The translations under genes and the position numbers were made by a program. A stretch of DNA of 64,000 nucleotides from contig OZ037765.1 in the NCBI GenBank assembly GCA_964035545.1, positions 30,813,504 to 30,877,503 of the forward strand, written 5' to 3'. The stretch comes from Bugula neritina. Its lineage: Eukaryota > Animalia > Bryozoa. Positions 27,776 to 41,697 of the stretch are shown in pieces. Positions within the stretch are counted from its first letter, which is position 1. The number at the start of each line of letters is the position of its first letter. The notes under the pieces are model-generated. The model saw only the letters and a list, made by a program, of their open reading frames with translations. It was not told the DNA's origin and searched no databases.

Positions 27776-28325
27776 TCATTCACATATTGGTTATTATTTC
27801 CTTATTTTCAAGGTATACTGTAACTTAGTTTTTAATTTTTGGCAGTGTAGGGTAATGAATTACTGCAATTGCATTTGCCAATAATTCATTTTTACAAATA
27901 GGCGTCAGTTAATAATGATAACAATAGAAGTAAACTATTATTTTTGGTGTCCTTGAACACAATCTATCAGCATAAAGGAATAGTATTGGCTTTCGTATTA
28001 TTAACACAAGCTGAATAACATTTATTGACCCCATACGGCATTAATTGAGATAATACAGAAAAAGTGTGCCTTTAATATGCTCTGTTTACATATCCTTTCA
28101 TAATTTCCTATGACATACAACGCAAGTTCTTGCTAGTAGTTCTTTGTCTGCTGCAACTCAAAAATATTTCATTGAAACAGCTGCTCACTGTTGAGTCAAA
28201 GTGAAAGGCGATAACACATTGCATTTAATCATCACTTCTTGTGTTTATAGGCGCTAGCTGCTGCTATGTATTAGAAAGTGTAATTAAGGCAGCATTTATC
28301 TTCCTCGTGAACTCAAACTGGCAGC

Positions 28326-30609
28326 ATGTTTCTGAGACCTATACAACAGCTTCAAGATATTGATCAAGGCTTTGATGTTCAAAACAGTCAGCACAAACCT
28401 GATAATGGAAGGTATGAAAATATGATTAAGTCAGTACTTATACCTGGTCAATGCTCTGTTCCAACATAGATTTTATTTCAAGGTAATTATTGAGTGGATA
28501 GTAATCTTCTAGAGTTGCGCCAGTTTAAGAGTTGAGTTGTGTTGAGTTGATTCTCTACTTCACCAGTTACTGCATAAATTGCGCTAAGCAGTTTGGCTAA
28601 AAAGATCAATTTATGATTCCAATAATATACTTGAAATTATAGATTCCCAGCATCAATTAGCAGTTATATTAAGCTTTGAGAAGCCCGGTGGGAGATGACA
28701 CTGTGTTACTGTTTGATGCTAAAGGCTAAATCAGTTACTTAGGCAAACATCGAGCAGATTGTGGAGTTGTGACAGATTGCTCATTTACTATAGCATAATT
28801 ATGTTCTCTCACATCTCATTTACTAGATAGGCTACAGCATATGAGGCACACACTCTCATAATTAGAAGTATGTGCAGTTTCGGTTACTTTAAAAGGCCGC
28901 CTAATATTTATCACTTGTTTATGGTATTCACACTAGGCATATGTTCTGGCCTTTAAATCAAGGGACATAAATCCAATATAGGAAATAAAGCAGCAGTGTG
29001 TATACATCTGAAACTTTGGTTGTTTCAATAGTGTTTTATTTGTTGTGTTGTCTCTTTTTGAGATGAGGCTAAAAATAATAATTTATAAACTATAAATTAG
29101 AGTTAGAATAGGGCAGAAAATTCTCTCAGCTACTTTAGCATCAACGAAACATGTGCTTGTATTGTCTTTCTCAAAAATTAGAATCACAGAAAACCTTAAC
29201 TTATATCTATTGATTATTTTATACAAGTCTAGCTCCTGTTGGAAATCAAACTACTTTTGCAACATGAAATCATAACTTATATTGAATTGTTACTAAAAAC
29301 ATACATTAAGTTGGCTTTGTGTTTAAATCATTAGCAGTTTTAGGTGTGATATCACATCTTGTCTCCTATTTGATCCCATTAAAACAGAGCAGGTGACAAG
29401 GTTGACTTCTAAATTAGTTATACAATAACAAAACTGTGCTGGACTGCTACAAAGTTTAGAAAGAAATGTTGTTGTAGGCTTCATTATTCCACTCATCAGG
29501 TGAAAAGCCTTGTTACTATTACTAACTTTTATACTTTGGAGCTTCATAACTGATGCTGAAGAACAATAATTAGGCCTATATGAACTACAATAATTAAACT
29601 TTGGCTTGCCAGATGTTATAATGAGATTGCAAGTTCATCTATACATTGTACTTTTATTATGCTGGTTGCTAGTTATACATTTACCCTATCATAATTATAA
29701 GTCTATTCTATAGTGATCAATATTAAAGTACTTGATATGTTAACTTTATGATGGCTATTATGAAACTGTAAATTTACTTGGTTCATCACTTCTGCAAGTT
29801 GTCTTTTGTATAGTAAATTAATGTGTTATACAAGAAATTAATTATTTAGATTCTATAACGACCAGATCAACCAGTCCGTCCTCTCACAGAGTCATCAACA
29901 GGCAACTCCAAAGAAGTGGGTATCTGTGTGTGAATGTGATGATCCATGGACGTGGAGCAGAACCTACAAATCCCACGAAGTGAAACTATATGGCGAATTC
30001 GGTAAATCCGCTTTCTTTCATCCCAACTGGAGCAATGGCACAGTTGCCGTGAGAGGAGAGAAAATACTCAATGGTGGCATACATTACTGGGAGATTCGGT
30101 TGTCCCAAAGAGTCTTTGGTACAAGCATGATGTTTGGCATAGGAACTGCCAAAACGAGGCTACACGTAGACGCGTTTGTCAATCTCTTGGGAGAGGATTG
30201 CAATAGCATGGGACTTTCTCATAAAGGGGTAGCTTGGTACAATGGCATATGGAAGCAATATACTAAACCATTCCGAGAAAATGAAGCTACTACCATAGGA
30301 CTATTATTCAACGGCGTCAAAGGTACACTGACATATTACAAAGATGGCGAGTGTTTAGGTGTTGCATTCGATGGACTGAACAACATTAGAGAGAATTTGT
30401 ATCCCGTAATCACGTCATCTGCTGCTAAAACTGAGATGACACTAGTTAATACCAGACGCTGCTTTACCAGTCTGCAAGACAGATGCCGGCACGTGATTCT
30501 ACAGCACATAGACTCATTGTCTAGCATCCCATCTCTGCCCATATCACACACCACCAAGGAATTCTTGCAGGAAAATGTCACCAGCGTTACATCCAGTTCA
30601 CTGCAGTGA
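28326..30609 (+). CDS. SPSB3: SPRY domain-containing SOCS box protein (SPSB3-like), 281 aa
   Basis: Exons 28326-28411 (ATG...GGAAG|GT) and 29850-30609 join in phase 2. SPRY motifs: FHPNWSNGTVAVRG, HYWEI, FGTSMMFGIGT, FVNLLGED..SMGLSHKG, TIGLLFNG..GTLTYYKDG.CLGVAF, LYPVITSSAAKT. SOCS box: SLQDRCRHVI...LP. Exact paralog assignment and the N-terminal exon are less certain than the family call. Confidence 0.87.
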
Positions 30610-32288
30610 CCAATCAATTACATACTACTCAACTATTTATTTCTATACAAAGTTTAACTGGATGTGGACATTTTGTTGTCAGGAAGGTCACCTAAAGTGT
30701 CAATTAACGGTTTAGCATTTTATAAAAGCTGGTAGTTGGTATGAAAATAGGTTATGTATTGGGTGCAAGTTGATGGCTTCCGAGTTGTAGAGCCTTGCGA
30801 TTGGAGAATGCCAGGTTTACTAATGAATGGTAAATAACTTAAAAACAATGTTGTGGAAAGAATGAATGTCAGTATATTGATTATACTCTAGATAAGTTTA
30901 TCATTAGTATGGGTGCCACTTGAATGCTCTACAGTGCAGTATCAGAATCCAATGTGTCACCTGCCATCTCTGTTGTTGCTGTTTAATTTGTGCATAATTT
31001 ACTGGCACATTTTTTAGCTATTAGACATGCTGCATCACGTTGTAAATGTTTTATTGTTTTCAATTACATAAATTATGTTGTATAATACATGTCCTTACCA
31101 ATTCAATCAACATTGTTGTTATTTTATAATCTGCTGTCTTTTACATTCTGTGATCTCATACAATAATATTATGAGCCCAAGTCACGACAGTGCTAGTCAA
31201 AATTAGTAATGAGCAGGTGTGTGGGCTTGGAAATTCATTATTTATTTAGCATCATCATTATAGATATGGTTCCTCCAATTGTTGTAGTTTTGGTAATAAA
31301 TGTTTAGAAATCATTTAATTTCAGTAGTTATAATAAACAACAAAGCACTAGTTGAGGTGCCATTGTTAGTCAAATAGGACAATTTGCAGTATTGCAAGAT
31401 CACACCAAGTTAAAATAATTTGCTCTATTCCTAAAGAAATAAGAATACATATTAATAATGTAAGGCCTGCAACTCCATGAACACTACACTGGACTTTATG
31501 AAGCCTTTAAATATGTTTTCATAGGATACTGACATAGTCCTTCCGATGTAAAGGCTAAGCTACTCTTTTCCAAAGGGGAAACAAATCTGGAAAAACAGAA
31601 TTTATTTTATATATATGCACAAAAGTTTCTGTCAATACCCCCCCCCCCTGCATCGTCATACTGGTGTAGCCACAGTGTATACGTAATATAATACCATACC
31701 AGACACCTTGGCACGTCACCTTTTAAATGCTAAGATGCTTAGCAGTAGTTTCATGGATGCAACAGACATGCCTGGGTCAACGGAATAAGTAACTATAAGC
31801 AACACATCTTTAGTGACAGCTGAGAGTAAATCACATGTCAGGGTGGCCTTTATTGCACGAACCAGCAAGCAAGATGCTCTAGTAAGCACCTCTGTTATAA
31901 TAGAGTCAGCTCCAACATAATACCAATGAATCCACTATTGAGTGGCAATTTAATTAATTGTATTAGCAGATTACTGATACACCTCATCCTCTGTAATTAT
32001 TTATTGTAATCATTAGTTTGTGCATTGAGGGGCTGACACTACCCTAATGTTTGCTGTCAGTTGGATCAATCAATATCAAACAGATAGACAGCCGATGCCA
32101 AAGGGTCAGCTGCCCAACCTAGCCATTGTCAACATGTGTCAGCTCCCAGATAGTTGGAAAAAACGCATCAACTCCCATAGAAGCTGTCCTTTATATAATT
32201 AAAAGGGGAGCAATTAATGCCAATTTACTAGCTGAAGGGAAACTAATAATTGAGATACATAGTATGACAGCTGTCTGTAGGATTGGCA

Positions 32289-32294
32289 TTTATT
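32289..32294 (-). terminator. Candidate EIF3H polyadenylation signal
   Basis: AATAAA on the - strand about 30 nt after the stop codon. Confidence 0.45.
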
Positions 32295-32325
32295 TTCAAT
32301 ATTATAATGAAATGATAAAATTACA

Positions 32326-35300
32326 CTATATATTACTAGCAGAAGGTTGCAAAGCGTCAGCCATCAAAAGTTTGCCGAAACTTTGCGTGGAGAACTGAAG
32401 CAGTTCGTCGGCATATGTGTCTACTTGGGCGCTAAGCAACAGTCCTTCTAGCCTTTGTGCAGGTGGAAGAGCTTTGAAGTTTTTGTGTATATCATCATCT
32501 CCTACAGGGTCTTCTCCTCGGGCTATTCTCTGCTGATCCTCCAAGTGCTGCAAGAGTAACCATGGTAACCAACAGTAAACAGATGAAACATGTTATAGTA
32601 ACCAGTGTCAATATACTATAGTTCATACCAGCAGCTAAAAATTCTAACCTCATGACTTTGTGAAAAGGTTGAGGCACAAGACTTATTGACAGGAAATGAC
32701 ACAATAAATCAGCCAGAGCTGAACACTGGTCAGGCAAAAGTGGCATTTCCTGGCAAGTGCACTACCAACAATCAATCCACTTGTCGGAAATGTCAACTAA
32801 ATGCAAATTATAGAAATTTTTCCAAAATTAGGCTACAGTATATACTAAATGGTAGCAAATCTAACAATACCAGCAAAGCAGCTATTTTTTCCAAATACTA
32901 TGACAACCACAGTTAACATAGATATACTGTAAATTTCACAAAGTTTGAACCCCAAAACCTTGCTATAAACAGCTGAAAGGTTGCATTATCTAGTGTCTAT
33001 ACACCAGAGAGTCTTATATCCCATTAAAACAGTTGAAATCACAGTTTTATCATGTGAACCACTGCAAGAGAGTACACTGTAGAGTTCAAGCATCATATGT
33101 TGGTGTCTCCCATTGATGAGAAATTAACAAAGCATATGAGTTTTAAATAAACAAATTAGTTACATCTCAGTTAATATTTCTTTTTGTTTAAAATTTGGAG
33201 ATATATGCTATTATTTCTAATCACTAATCACTTACATCAATAAACTAAGCTCCTATTCTTGAACTGGTCAGATAATAACATTCACTCCATAAATTCTAAC
33301 AATTAAAATGATGGCAGACCGGACAAAGTGTAACACTGGGTTACTGAACTGCGCAGTTAGTTATGCACTGACCGACATCCAATTAGTCAGACTTTCAAAA
33401 ATCTAAAATTTTGAGTTAAATAAAACTGTTGAAACTAGTATCACAACAACCTCAAGACAACCAGTCCCACTATTTCCATTTATTATCTACTGACATTGAG
33501 TTTAGAAGCCTTGGCATTGTTTTCTATTAGGATCAGGAGTTTGCAACCTGCATTAGCCAATAGTTTCTAGGCCAAAACCTTGACAAAAGATACCCAGGGG
33601 ACATAATTTGTTATAATCAGCATTGGCAATAATTGATAATACTTTGAATATACTCTAGTATGAAGTTGTGAACTCCCGCGAGGACAATATCATTTCCTAT
33701 TCACGGTAGGCATGAACAAGCGTTTTTACACACTGCAACCTTCAGCTGATGCTCTCCAGCTTGCGGAGTTGTGATCAATACCACCACCACCTGATTGCGA
33801 GGTTATTCCAGCCCCCCCCCCCCCTTAACATATAATCTCAGCAGGGGTGAAAAGCACGTGGAGCTCCAAGAAATGTACTCTGAGAAGATAATAAAACGTG
33901 TTTAGTGCTTCACTTCACCCCTGCTTCACATATGCTCATTTAACTGGAGAAATGCTTTGGCCTCAGATACATTTTTTTTGAAAGTGACATAAAATTGTGA
34001 CTATTTTAAAAATGAGATATGAAAGTGCGGATATCGCCTTGATACATGCTCTGCCCCATCAGCTAGTTCTTAAGTTGAATACCTTGCAGTGAAACTATAT
34101 GAATAACATATACTTTACTGATTAATAGAACGTGATTTCATTTCATTTTCATGTTGCATAGATTTAAAATCAAAAAAAATTTTTGTACTAAGCTTAATGA
34201 ATTTTACAAAGCTGATAAAAGAAAGATAACAAACAATTAGAATATAATAACACTACTACTGACCCTTTTTGTGAGTTGTGCATCCTTGCTTTGCTGCTGC
34301 TTAGCACACAGTTTCTGGTAGTTATGGTACTTGTTGGTGTCTTGAGAGAGGTCGTCCACAGTGTCCATCAGTAACCGAAGGTAATTCTCCATGACATTGC
34401 TAAAATGTATCAAATCATAATGTATTTAGATAGCATGACATAAATAATTGGTTATTCATCAACAGAAATAATTTGATGGTGTCTGTTTAGACAGAGTGGG
34501 TGGTTTGAGAGGTATAACTGATTCTAAACCGAGTAACTCATAAATCCACAAGTTTGACGTATTTGAAACCGTATTTGAAACCGGAATAAAAATCTATATC
34601 CTCGATAGCAGGGCCAGGTTATAAAAGTTCTGCTGTCTTATTTAAATGAAGTCAAAAGCTAGAACTTTAAAAGATCAAAGAAACTAGTTATAGATGGGGG
34701 GGGACTTCGGATTATCAAAAACCATCAAATGTAGTCAAAAAGCAAAAAATACGATAAACTAAGAGTAAGCCAGCTGTTATATTGATGAAGACAACAAGCT
34801 ACAAATAGCAACCCAACACAAGGATAACTAACCCTGTAGCCATGTCCAGGTTGTTGAACGTAGATTTACAGGTAGTTAATTTATCTTCTATTTCACAGAG
34901 CGCTACATTCATCAGGTGGGAGTTTCTTATGACAAGAGGAATTTCCTCAAACACTGTTTCAAAGCTCAGTCCTTTAGCTTTAATCCTAAGAAATAGATAT
35001 TCATATTAGACAACATGATGTCACTTTAACAAGCCATATGAGAATTTCACATGAAGCTCTTTGGATAAAAGTTTTGCTAATTCATACATTAATAATGTTC
35101 CCAATGATTACACCTTTTGAAAAGTTCATGTTTTTTTTATTTATTTAAAATTATTAGAAACTGAATTTTCATTCACATTAAGCTTAAACGAACTCAAAAG
35201 TCATGGGAAAAGATTTACTAGCATGTCCACAATTTAGTGCAAACAGGCCTTTCATATACTGCGTGCTTATTTATCTCTTAAAATGAGGAGCAAGGGTTGA

Positions 35301-36826
35301 CAATCCCAAAAGCACTAACTATGTACAAACACTCACATATCAGTTGAAAAGTCTTCCTTTTGTTTCATCTCCATAACCGCTTCAGATAGCCTGAAAGCCC
35401 GAAGACTCAACTGATCTTTAGCTGTTTTTGTCGGGTCGTATATTATGGCCACCGACTCTTCTATTTCTGATTGGTATGTGAATTGAGAATCAAAAAGAGC
35501 TTTGTTTAGGAAAGAGCCGTAGAATGTGCTCTGATACCAGCCAACGTGAAGATGGTCTACATTCACGTGTCGCAAGTTCCTCATCATGTCCACCTGATAG
35601 TTCACTAAAAATCACGCTCAGCATTGAGAGTAACATCACTGCTAATTTGCGATAACAGGAGACATTTTCATATACCCAAATGTTTTTATTTTAAACCAAA
35701 ACTTGCAACAGTATTTCTAATAAAACGAGTGAAAAACAAAATATATGTACAATAAGCAAAGAAAAAAGCATATAAGATTTGGCCAGTGCAAAAGAACAAC
35801 ACGCATACCCAACTAGTTCAAACTTATTCCACAGCTATCAAGGTCAAGGTTATCTTACAGATATCAAGGTCATCTTCCGCAGGAGTTCTCGGAATAGGAA
35901 AGCAGTTAGTAATCTCTAACTTCTGATCAGCAACCAGTCCAAGAAGGACACCTTGCACGAGGTCAATGCCATCCACTGATTCCTCTTGACAGTGTTTGAT
36001 TATTTTGAGAGCAACCTAAAAAAATTGCAATACTTACACTTATGAACATACAATTTGTAATGGCCTCTCACCATCTCAACACACACAGATAGTAAAACAT
36101 TAGTATAAGTAAGACCATGCAGTTTAACAAAAAATACTCATCACTGCTAGCTATGACAGTTACAGTTATACTATAAGCTATGCTTTTGCTTTGCTTAACA
36201 CTCCCTATAAAACTACGGACTAAAGTTGTTACAAGTATCTGACACATCAGCTTTTACAAGGAAATGTGAAAGATTAAGTACACAAGTAACCAATAGTTAT
36301 TATGTTACTCTATTAACATCATGGCATACGAACTGGGAATTAAAAAGAGCTTTGTTTAACCATTGCTTAAACTTCAGGCTTAGCTAAAAATTTAGTCCTG
36401 TGGTATGAGTATGAAATAATCAACAAATGAACAAACAATATTTTTAATTGTAAAACTAAAACTGAAAGTAAATGTAATAATTTGTATTACAAACTAAATT
36501 TGATATTTAAACTCAAACTAATACTAAATGTAACACTAATACTAATAGATAATAGTTAAAGTTGTAGTGATACTGACAGTAAAATAAAAATACAAATTTA
36601 GTAAAATTTTATCTTCAGCTTCAAGTTCACAAGTTCCAATTTTAATTAGGAATAAATTTAAGTAAATAAACTTAAAAATAAAACAGGAATTCAACATTTA
36701 CTAATTAAAAAAACAATACAATTTTATTAATTTAATATAAGTATTATCACGTGGTAATTAGTAATAACTTACCAGTCCTTCAAGCTGCACCAATGAAACG
36801 GGCGATTCTTTTTTTCTTGTGGCCAT
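32326..36826 (-). CDS. EIF3H: Eukaryotic translation initiation factor 3 subunit H (MPN domain), 329 aa
   Basis: Exons 36773-36826, 35859-36015, 35337-35604, 34833-34985, 34264-34399, 32326-32547 (990 nt, in frame). Motifs: [88 protein letters not shown]. Confidence 0.98.
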
Positions 36827-36832
36827 GTTGAC

Positions 36833-36846
36833 AAGATGAAAGGAAG
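36833..36846 (-). promoter_or_regulatory. Putative TCT initiator / 5'TOP pyrimidine tract of EIF3H
   Basis: CTTCCTTTCATCTT on the - strand, ending about 6 nt before the ATG. Confidence 0.5.
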
Positions 36847-38588
36847 TGGTGACACAGTTCCTTTTTATGCAATCGCTATGTTAACGATCATTCGCTGCAG
36901 GCCAGATTTGTTACTAAAATTTAATATTCTAGCCTTCTGTTAGCAAAGATTTTTCTCTCTCCTGACCTTTGGTCGAAAGATCTTAGTTGGAGCCTAAACA
37001 TGAGAGCAGGCGTGACTTATAACTTCTACACGCTCGAGACAAAACCTCAACCTCCAATCAAAGAACGCAATTGACAAAATTGACCTCTGGTTTTCAGCTT
37101 CAACTAGAAAATTACCACTTACAACTGCAATGAGAATAACTAAGTTTCAAGGCCTCCAGAAACGGCTTTTTAATACATAAATGATACTATTGATAATAAT
37201 ACCAGCACCCCGACTGTTGAAATCAAAATGTATAAATGAAAAAAAATTAAAAGGAAGTATTGACGTTGGGCTAAATTTTAAATGGTAACTTCCACTTGTT
37301 GCTGCAAGTTAAAGTTCGAGTTATCGCAAACTTTGAAGTCAATCTGAATCCGTTCTCGGTTCTGGTTCAACTTTAAGTTGAAGCTATACTAATACTTATT
37401 CTGGATCTTATGAATATCGTATTGATAGTCATTATGATAGTGATAATAATATTTATATTCATATTAGCGTCAACCCAAAACTGAAAGTCTTAGGCTCTTA
37501 CTGTCTTAGTCTTACACTTACAATTACTTTAACTTTGAGTGTTGCACTTAGTCTTTCTCTTAGGCTAACACAGTCACACTGACATACACACTCACTTAAC
37601 TTACAGCTATTAATAGCAAATCTAAGTTTTCAAGTTATACCTATAGTTATTTTTGTTAAACCAGTTATTGTCACTGAGTTAGTGATAGTGATACTGTTAG
37701 TGCTACTCAAATTTTAGGTATTTATTACATTTACTATATATCAATTATATTTAATTTTATATTAGAAATATAATATTAATAATAATTATAATGAGAATCC
37801 AATACTAACACTACTAACAGTAATTTTTTTACTCTTATTTGCTGTTATTAATGCTAATAGTCTTGTTAATGATTTCACTGATGCTTCTAGTTATTGTACT
37901 TGTAGATTATAATAATAATAATAATAATAGTAATACTAGTATTAATAAGTCTGTATGTAATATTGAAATATCATTATGGTTATAGTAGTACCAATTATAA
38001 TTATGATTACTTCAACTAATATATAAATCATAATTTTATATTTGTTATTTAATTATGGTTTCAGTTAAAGCTATTTACTTTTATTCTATAGTTAAACCCT
38101 ACTTAGAATAAACTTTTTTCGAAGTTTAACTTACCATTTTTAGAACTACATGGTCCAATCAAACTGAATGAGGGTCTCTTAGTCACAGTCATTGACAATA
38201 GCTATTGAATAACCCTTAAACTAACCTGTAACTGAGCCTTTTTAGTAGCTTTAAATAGTCAGGTAGCGCAGATCTTTCTAGATTTATTCTAGAAGGAGCT
38301 TTTAGTCAGTGGGTGCTGAACCAGTGTTACTCACCGAGTTTGAAAGTTAAACCCTTGCTGAACACTTGATTGCATATAACTAATTAAAGTGTATTTAAGA
38401 CTAATTTTGCTTATAAATCTGCTCTGTCAGTTATACTAATAATCTAGTTACTAGGTGAAGGTCATTTCTTGTTTATTCTCGAGTAACTAGCTAATATATT
38501 TTGCAGTTTACCAACAGCAGATTGTAGATCCAAACTCAGAGTCACATACTGAAAGGGATTCAGTATCGCCAATTCCCTCACGTCTGCA

Positions 38589-41500
38589 ATGGAACCAAGT
38601 TCAAATTTAAGTTGGCGCAAGGATTGCCATAGCTACAATGATTATGCTGTGGCCTTTAGTCCTGACAGATTTCATAAATTGGTCACCAGATTCTGTGGTA
38701 TGAAGTATGTGAGAAAAGAAGATGACAATAGGGATATAAACACAGTGATTGATGAATTAACTTCATTTAGATTAAGTGCCAAATCTGTTAATGAAAAGGT
38801 TAGTTCTAAAATATTCTTACAAATATGTTAAAAATAGTAATAATGATATTCTAATAAAATTAATAGCTGTAGTGGTTTATAGAAGGTGACAATAATAATG
38901 TTTTATGTCAAGTTGCAGCTATTCTTATGACAATTAGAGTCAAATTTATGCTTCTACAGAGGCATGGAATCTTTGTGTTATTATTAATTCAATTTTAAGT
39001 GTGAAGCGTTTCAATACAGGAATATTCTGTAAAATCAATTTAGTATTAGCTGACACTTGTTTAATAATACTTAGTAGGGTAGAATTTAGTTATTTTCCTC
39101 ACCTAATAGTTTTCATAAAACTATATGTGCTACACAAAATGCTTCTCATGGTTTTATTTAATGTGACCACCTCTGCAGTATAACATCTAGGTAAAAGTAC
39201 TAGGATGGTGGATGCTGTTTGTATCTAAATGTGAGACTAAATATTTGTTATCATTGCTTATGCTACTTATTCTACTTTATACTTTGTAAAGTTTTTATTT
39301 AGGTTTAATAATATAATAGTATTAAAAATGGTATATCAATTCTTTATTTTTAAACTTGTCAATGTTTTCATGTTAGTATTGTTTGTAAATAAATGTTTTT
39401 CTTCTAGCAGTCTGTATTGGTGATCATATAAATTGTCTGTCATTTCTTGCAGGACATCTCATCTTTCATCAGACATTGCTGTTCCGTAATAACACCTGAT
39501 TTGGGACAGCTTAGCATCAAATGCTGTCTGCTCTTATCATATATGATCTGTAGATCAGAGGTGTGTATATATAGCTGATTAGTATTATTGTGTTGGTTAT
39601 AAAGTCAGTGTTTATAGTTTACTGTTATGTAATGTTGTTGTGATATCTAGCTAAGTCGCTGTGGAGGTCATTGTATTAATAAAATAGCTATTCACTTTTC
39701 TCCCAATATAAACGCCTTATTATGGAACTTTTATTCATAAATTTGAATACATAGTATTAAATCTATCCTCAAGCCAGCTTATTCTATTTTTAATCTTCCA
39801 GGTAGACTTGGATTCAAACTTGTTGATTCAGTTGGTGAAATATTTGACCTATTTTGTGACCAAGTTTGATAAGTGGGCGTATCCTGATATACTACAGGCT
39901 CTAAAAGCTGCCCTCACTGGTAGAGGTGGAAGGCTGCCATTGGAGGTATGTCTAGCAGTTTCCATTAATTCACTTTCTAAACTCACATAAATGTCACTTA
40001 CTCTATTAACTTGCAGCTTATATTCTCATTTGAACATAAATGGCAGAAATAACTCATAGAATGTGTAGTAAATATTAGTAAAACTTCAAAATGGCTAGTA
40101 GTTTTACTAAGTAATAGCTCACATTTCCACACTAAGGTTAAAATTTAACAATCTAACACTTTTGTCAGATATTTGAAAATAGCTGTCTAACACTTTCAAC
40201 AAATCTCAAATATGTTGATATATTCAAATCATTGAAATCTAACACTTGAACAAACACTTTCAACAAATATGAAACACTAGTCAGCCCTTGTCTAACAGCT
40301 GTATCCATAGTCTTCTACGCTTTCGAAACTGTTGGTATGGCTCATCTAACACAAGCGTATGAGCTTTCAACAAAATGCCATATAGTGAGCAAGTTTTCGC
40401 CAAAATCTCCATTTTTGCACCTGACTGGGCTTTTTTATCCAATATGCGATTTGTTTGCATTATTATTATTGTGTTGATATTCCTATCACCTTTGGAGTTG
40501 AGAAACAGGAGTGAGGTTGGGAATCGTCTTACCATTGCTCACTCAGTTCCATGTCATGTAATGAGATTTAGTAATACTTGTATTTATGAAAGTAGGTGCT
40601 GGATGACCTGGTAACCATGGAAACAGGTCTGCTTCATAGGATTCTATTTGACTCAGAATCTGATATTATGGCGAGGAAGTCAGCTCTGCAGTGTGTTGGT
40701 GCCGTGTGTCTCAGGTATTAGTCTATAAGGCAGCTGAACCTTATTCTAGTCTTTATTAGCAGAATTATATTAGAATTTTGATTATTGTAGAGGTATGAAT
40801 ACTGACAGTAAGCAGGTAGTCTAGGAATTTAAACACAAACTAATTATTATTCACTGTTCACTTTCACGTTGTTAAGTCTAAAAGACATACAGAAAAGCAT
40901 AATAAGAATGTAGAAGTATCAAAGGAATAAATGTGTGTTTAGAAAGCATTCAGCAAAGATCTGTAGAGAAGTAACAAACTGACTTTTAGGCTCCTGTAAC
41001 TTGCTTTTTTAATAAAATATAATTCCAAACCATTTATTGCAAAAGGTAACAACTGTACTGTATAGAGTTATAGCTAAAATGTCTCTCTTTATATCAAAAA
41101 GCCAACTGAACAGGCTGCATTAAAGGAGTGGGAATTGATCCGTCAGAAATTGAGAAAGCCACTAGGCTTGTTGAAAACTAGCAACTAAATTCGTTACAAT
41201 AGCTGTTTAAGTTGACTAAAAAATTACTATTATATGCATAATTTTGACTTGGGCATTAGCTGTAAAATTTTGGACCAACTTTGGCTATTATTTTTTACAA
41301 CTCAATTGTTTGTTATAAGTTTTCCATACAGTCTGTTTGAAACAATGTTTTGTGTACGTTTATTATGAGCCTTTTTGTCAACATCTGCTGGTTATATTTG
41401 TTAGAACTTATCTCTAGAGGCAGCACTCCTGCTGACTTTATCTTAACTGCTCACAACTCACTGCAGTGTTTATCACAGCACATGTTTGTATTGTAGGTGT

Positions 41501-41660
41501 GAGCCATATATAGAAGACTTCTATGCTAGTCAGTGTTTAAATATATTCTTGTCAGTCTTGAAAACTCGCTTTCCTAAAGCTGATGAATTTATGCAATGCA
41601 AGGTGAATAATTGTAATATACACTCGCACACATACACACATACACACACACACTCTCACA

Positions 41661-41697
<37 letters not shown>

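Noticed and set aside
33668-33775. Structured ncRNA suggested by the AACTCCCGCGAG / CTTGCGGAGTT stem
   Set aside because: A single imperfect stem of about 11 bp with no recognisable family motif.
32548-36772. Intronic C/D snoRNAs in EIF3H
   Set aside because: Isolated C-box-like motifs (near 36140 and 34455) lack a suitably spaced CTGA and terminal stem. An Infernal/Rfam scan would be decisive.
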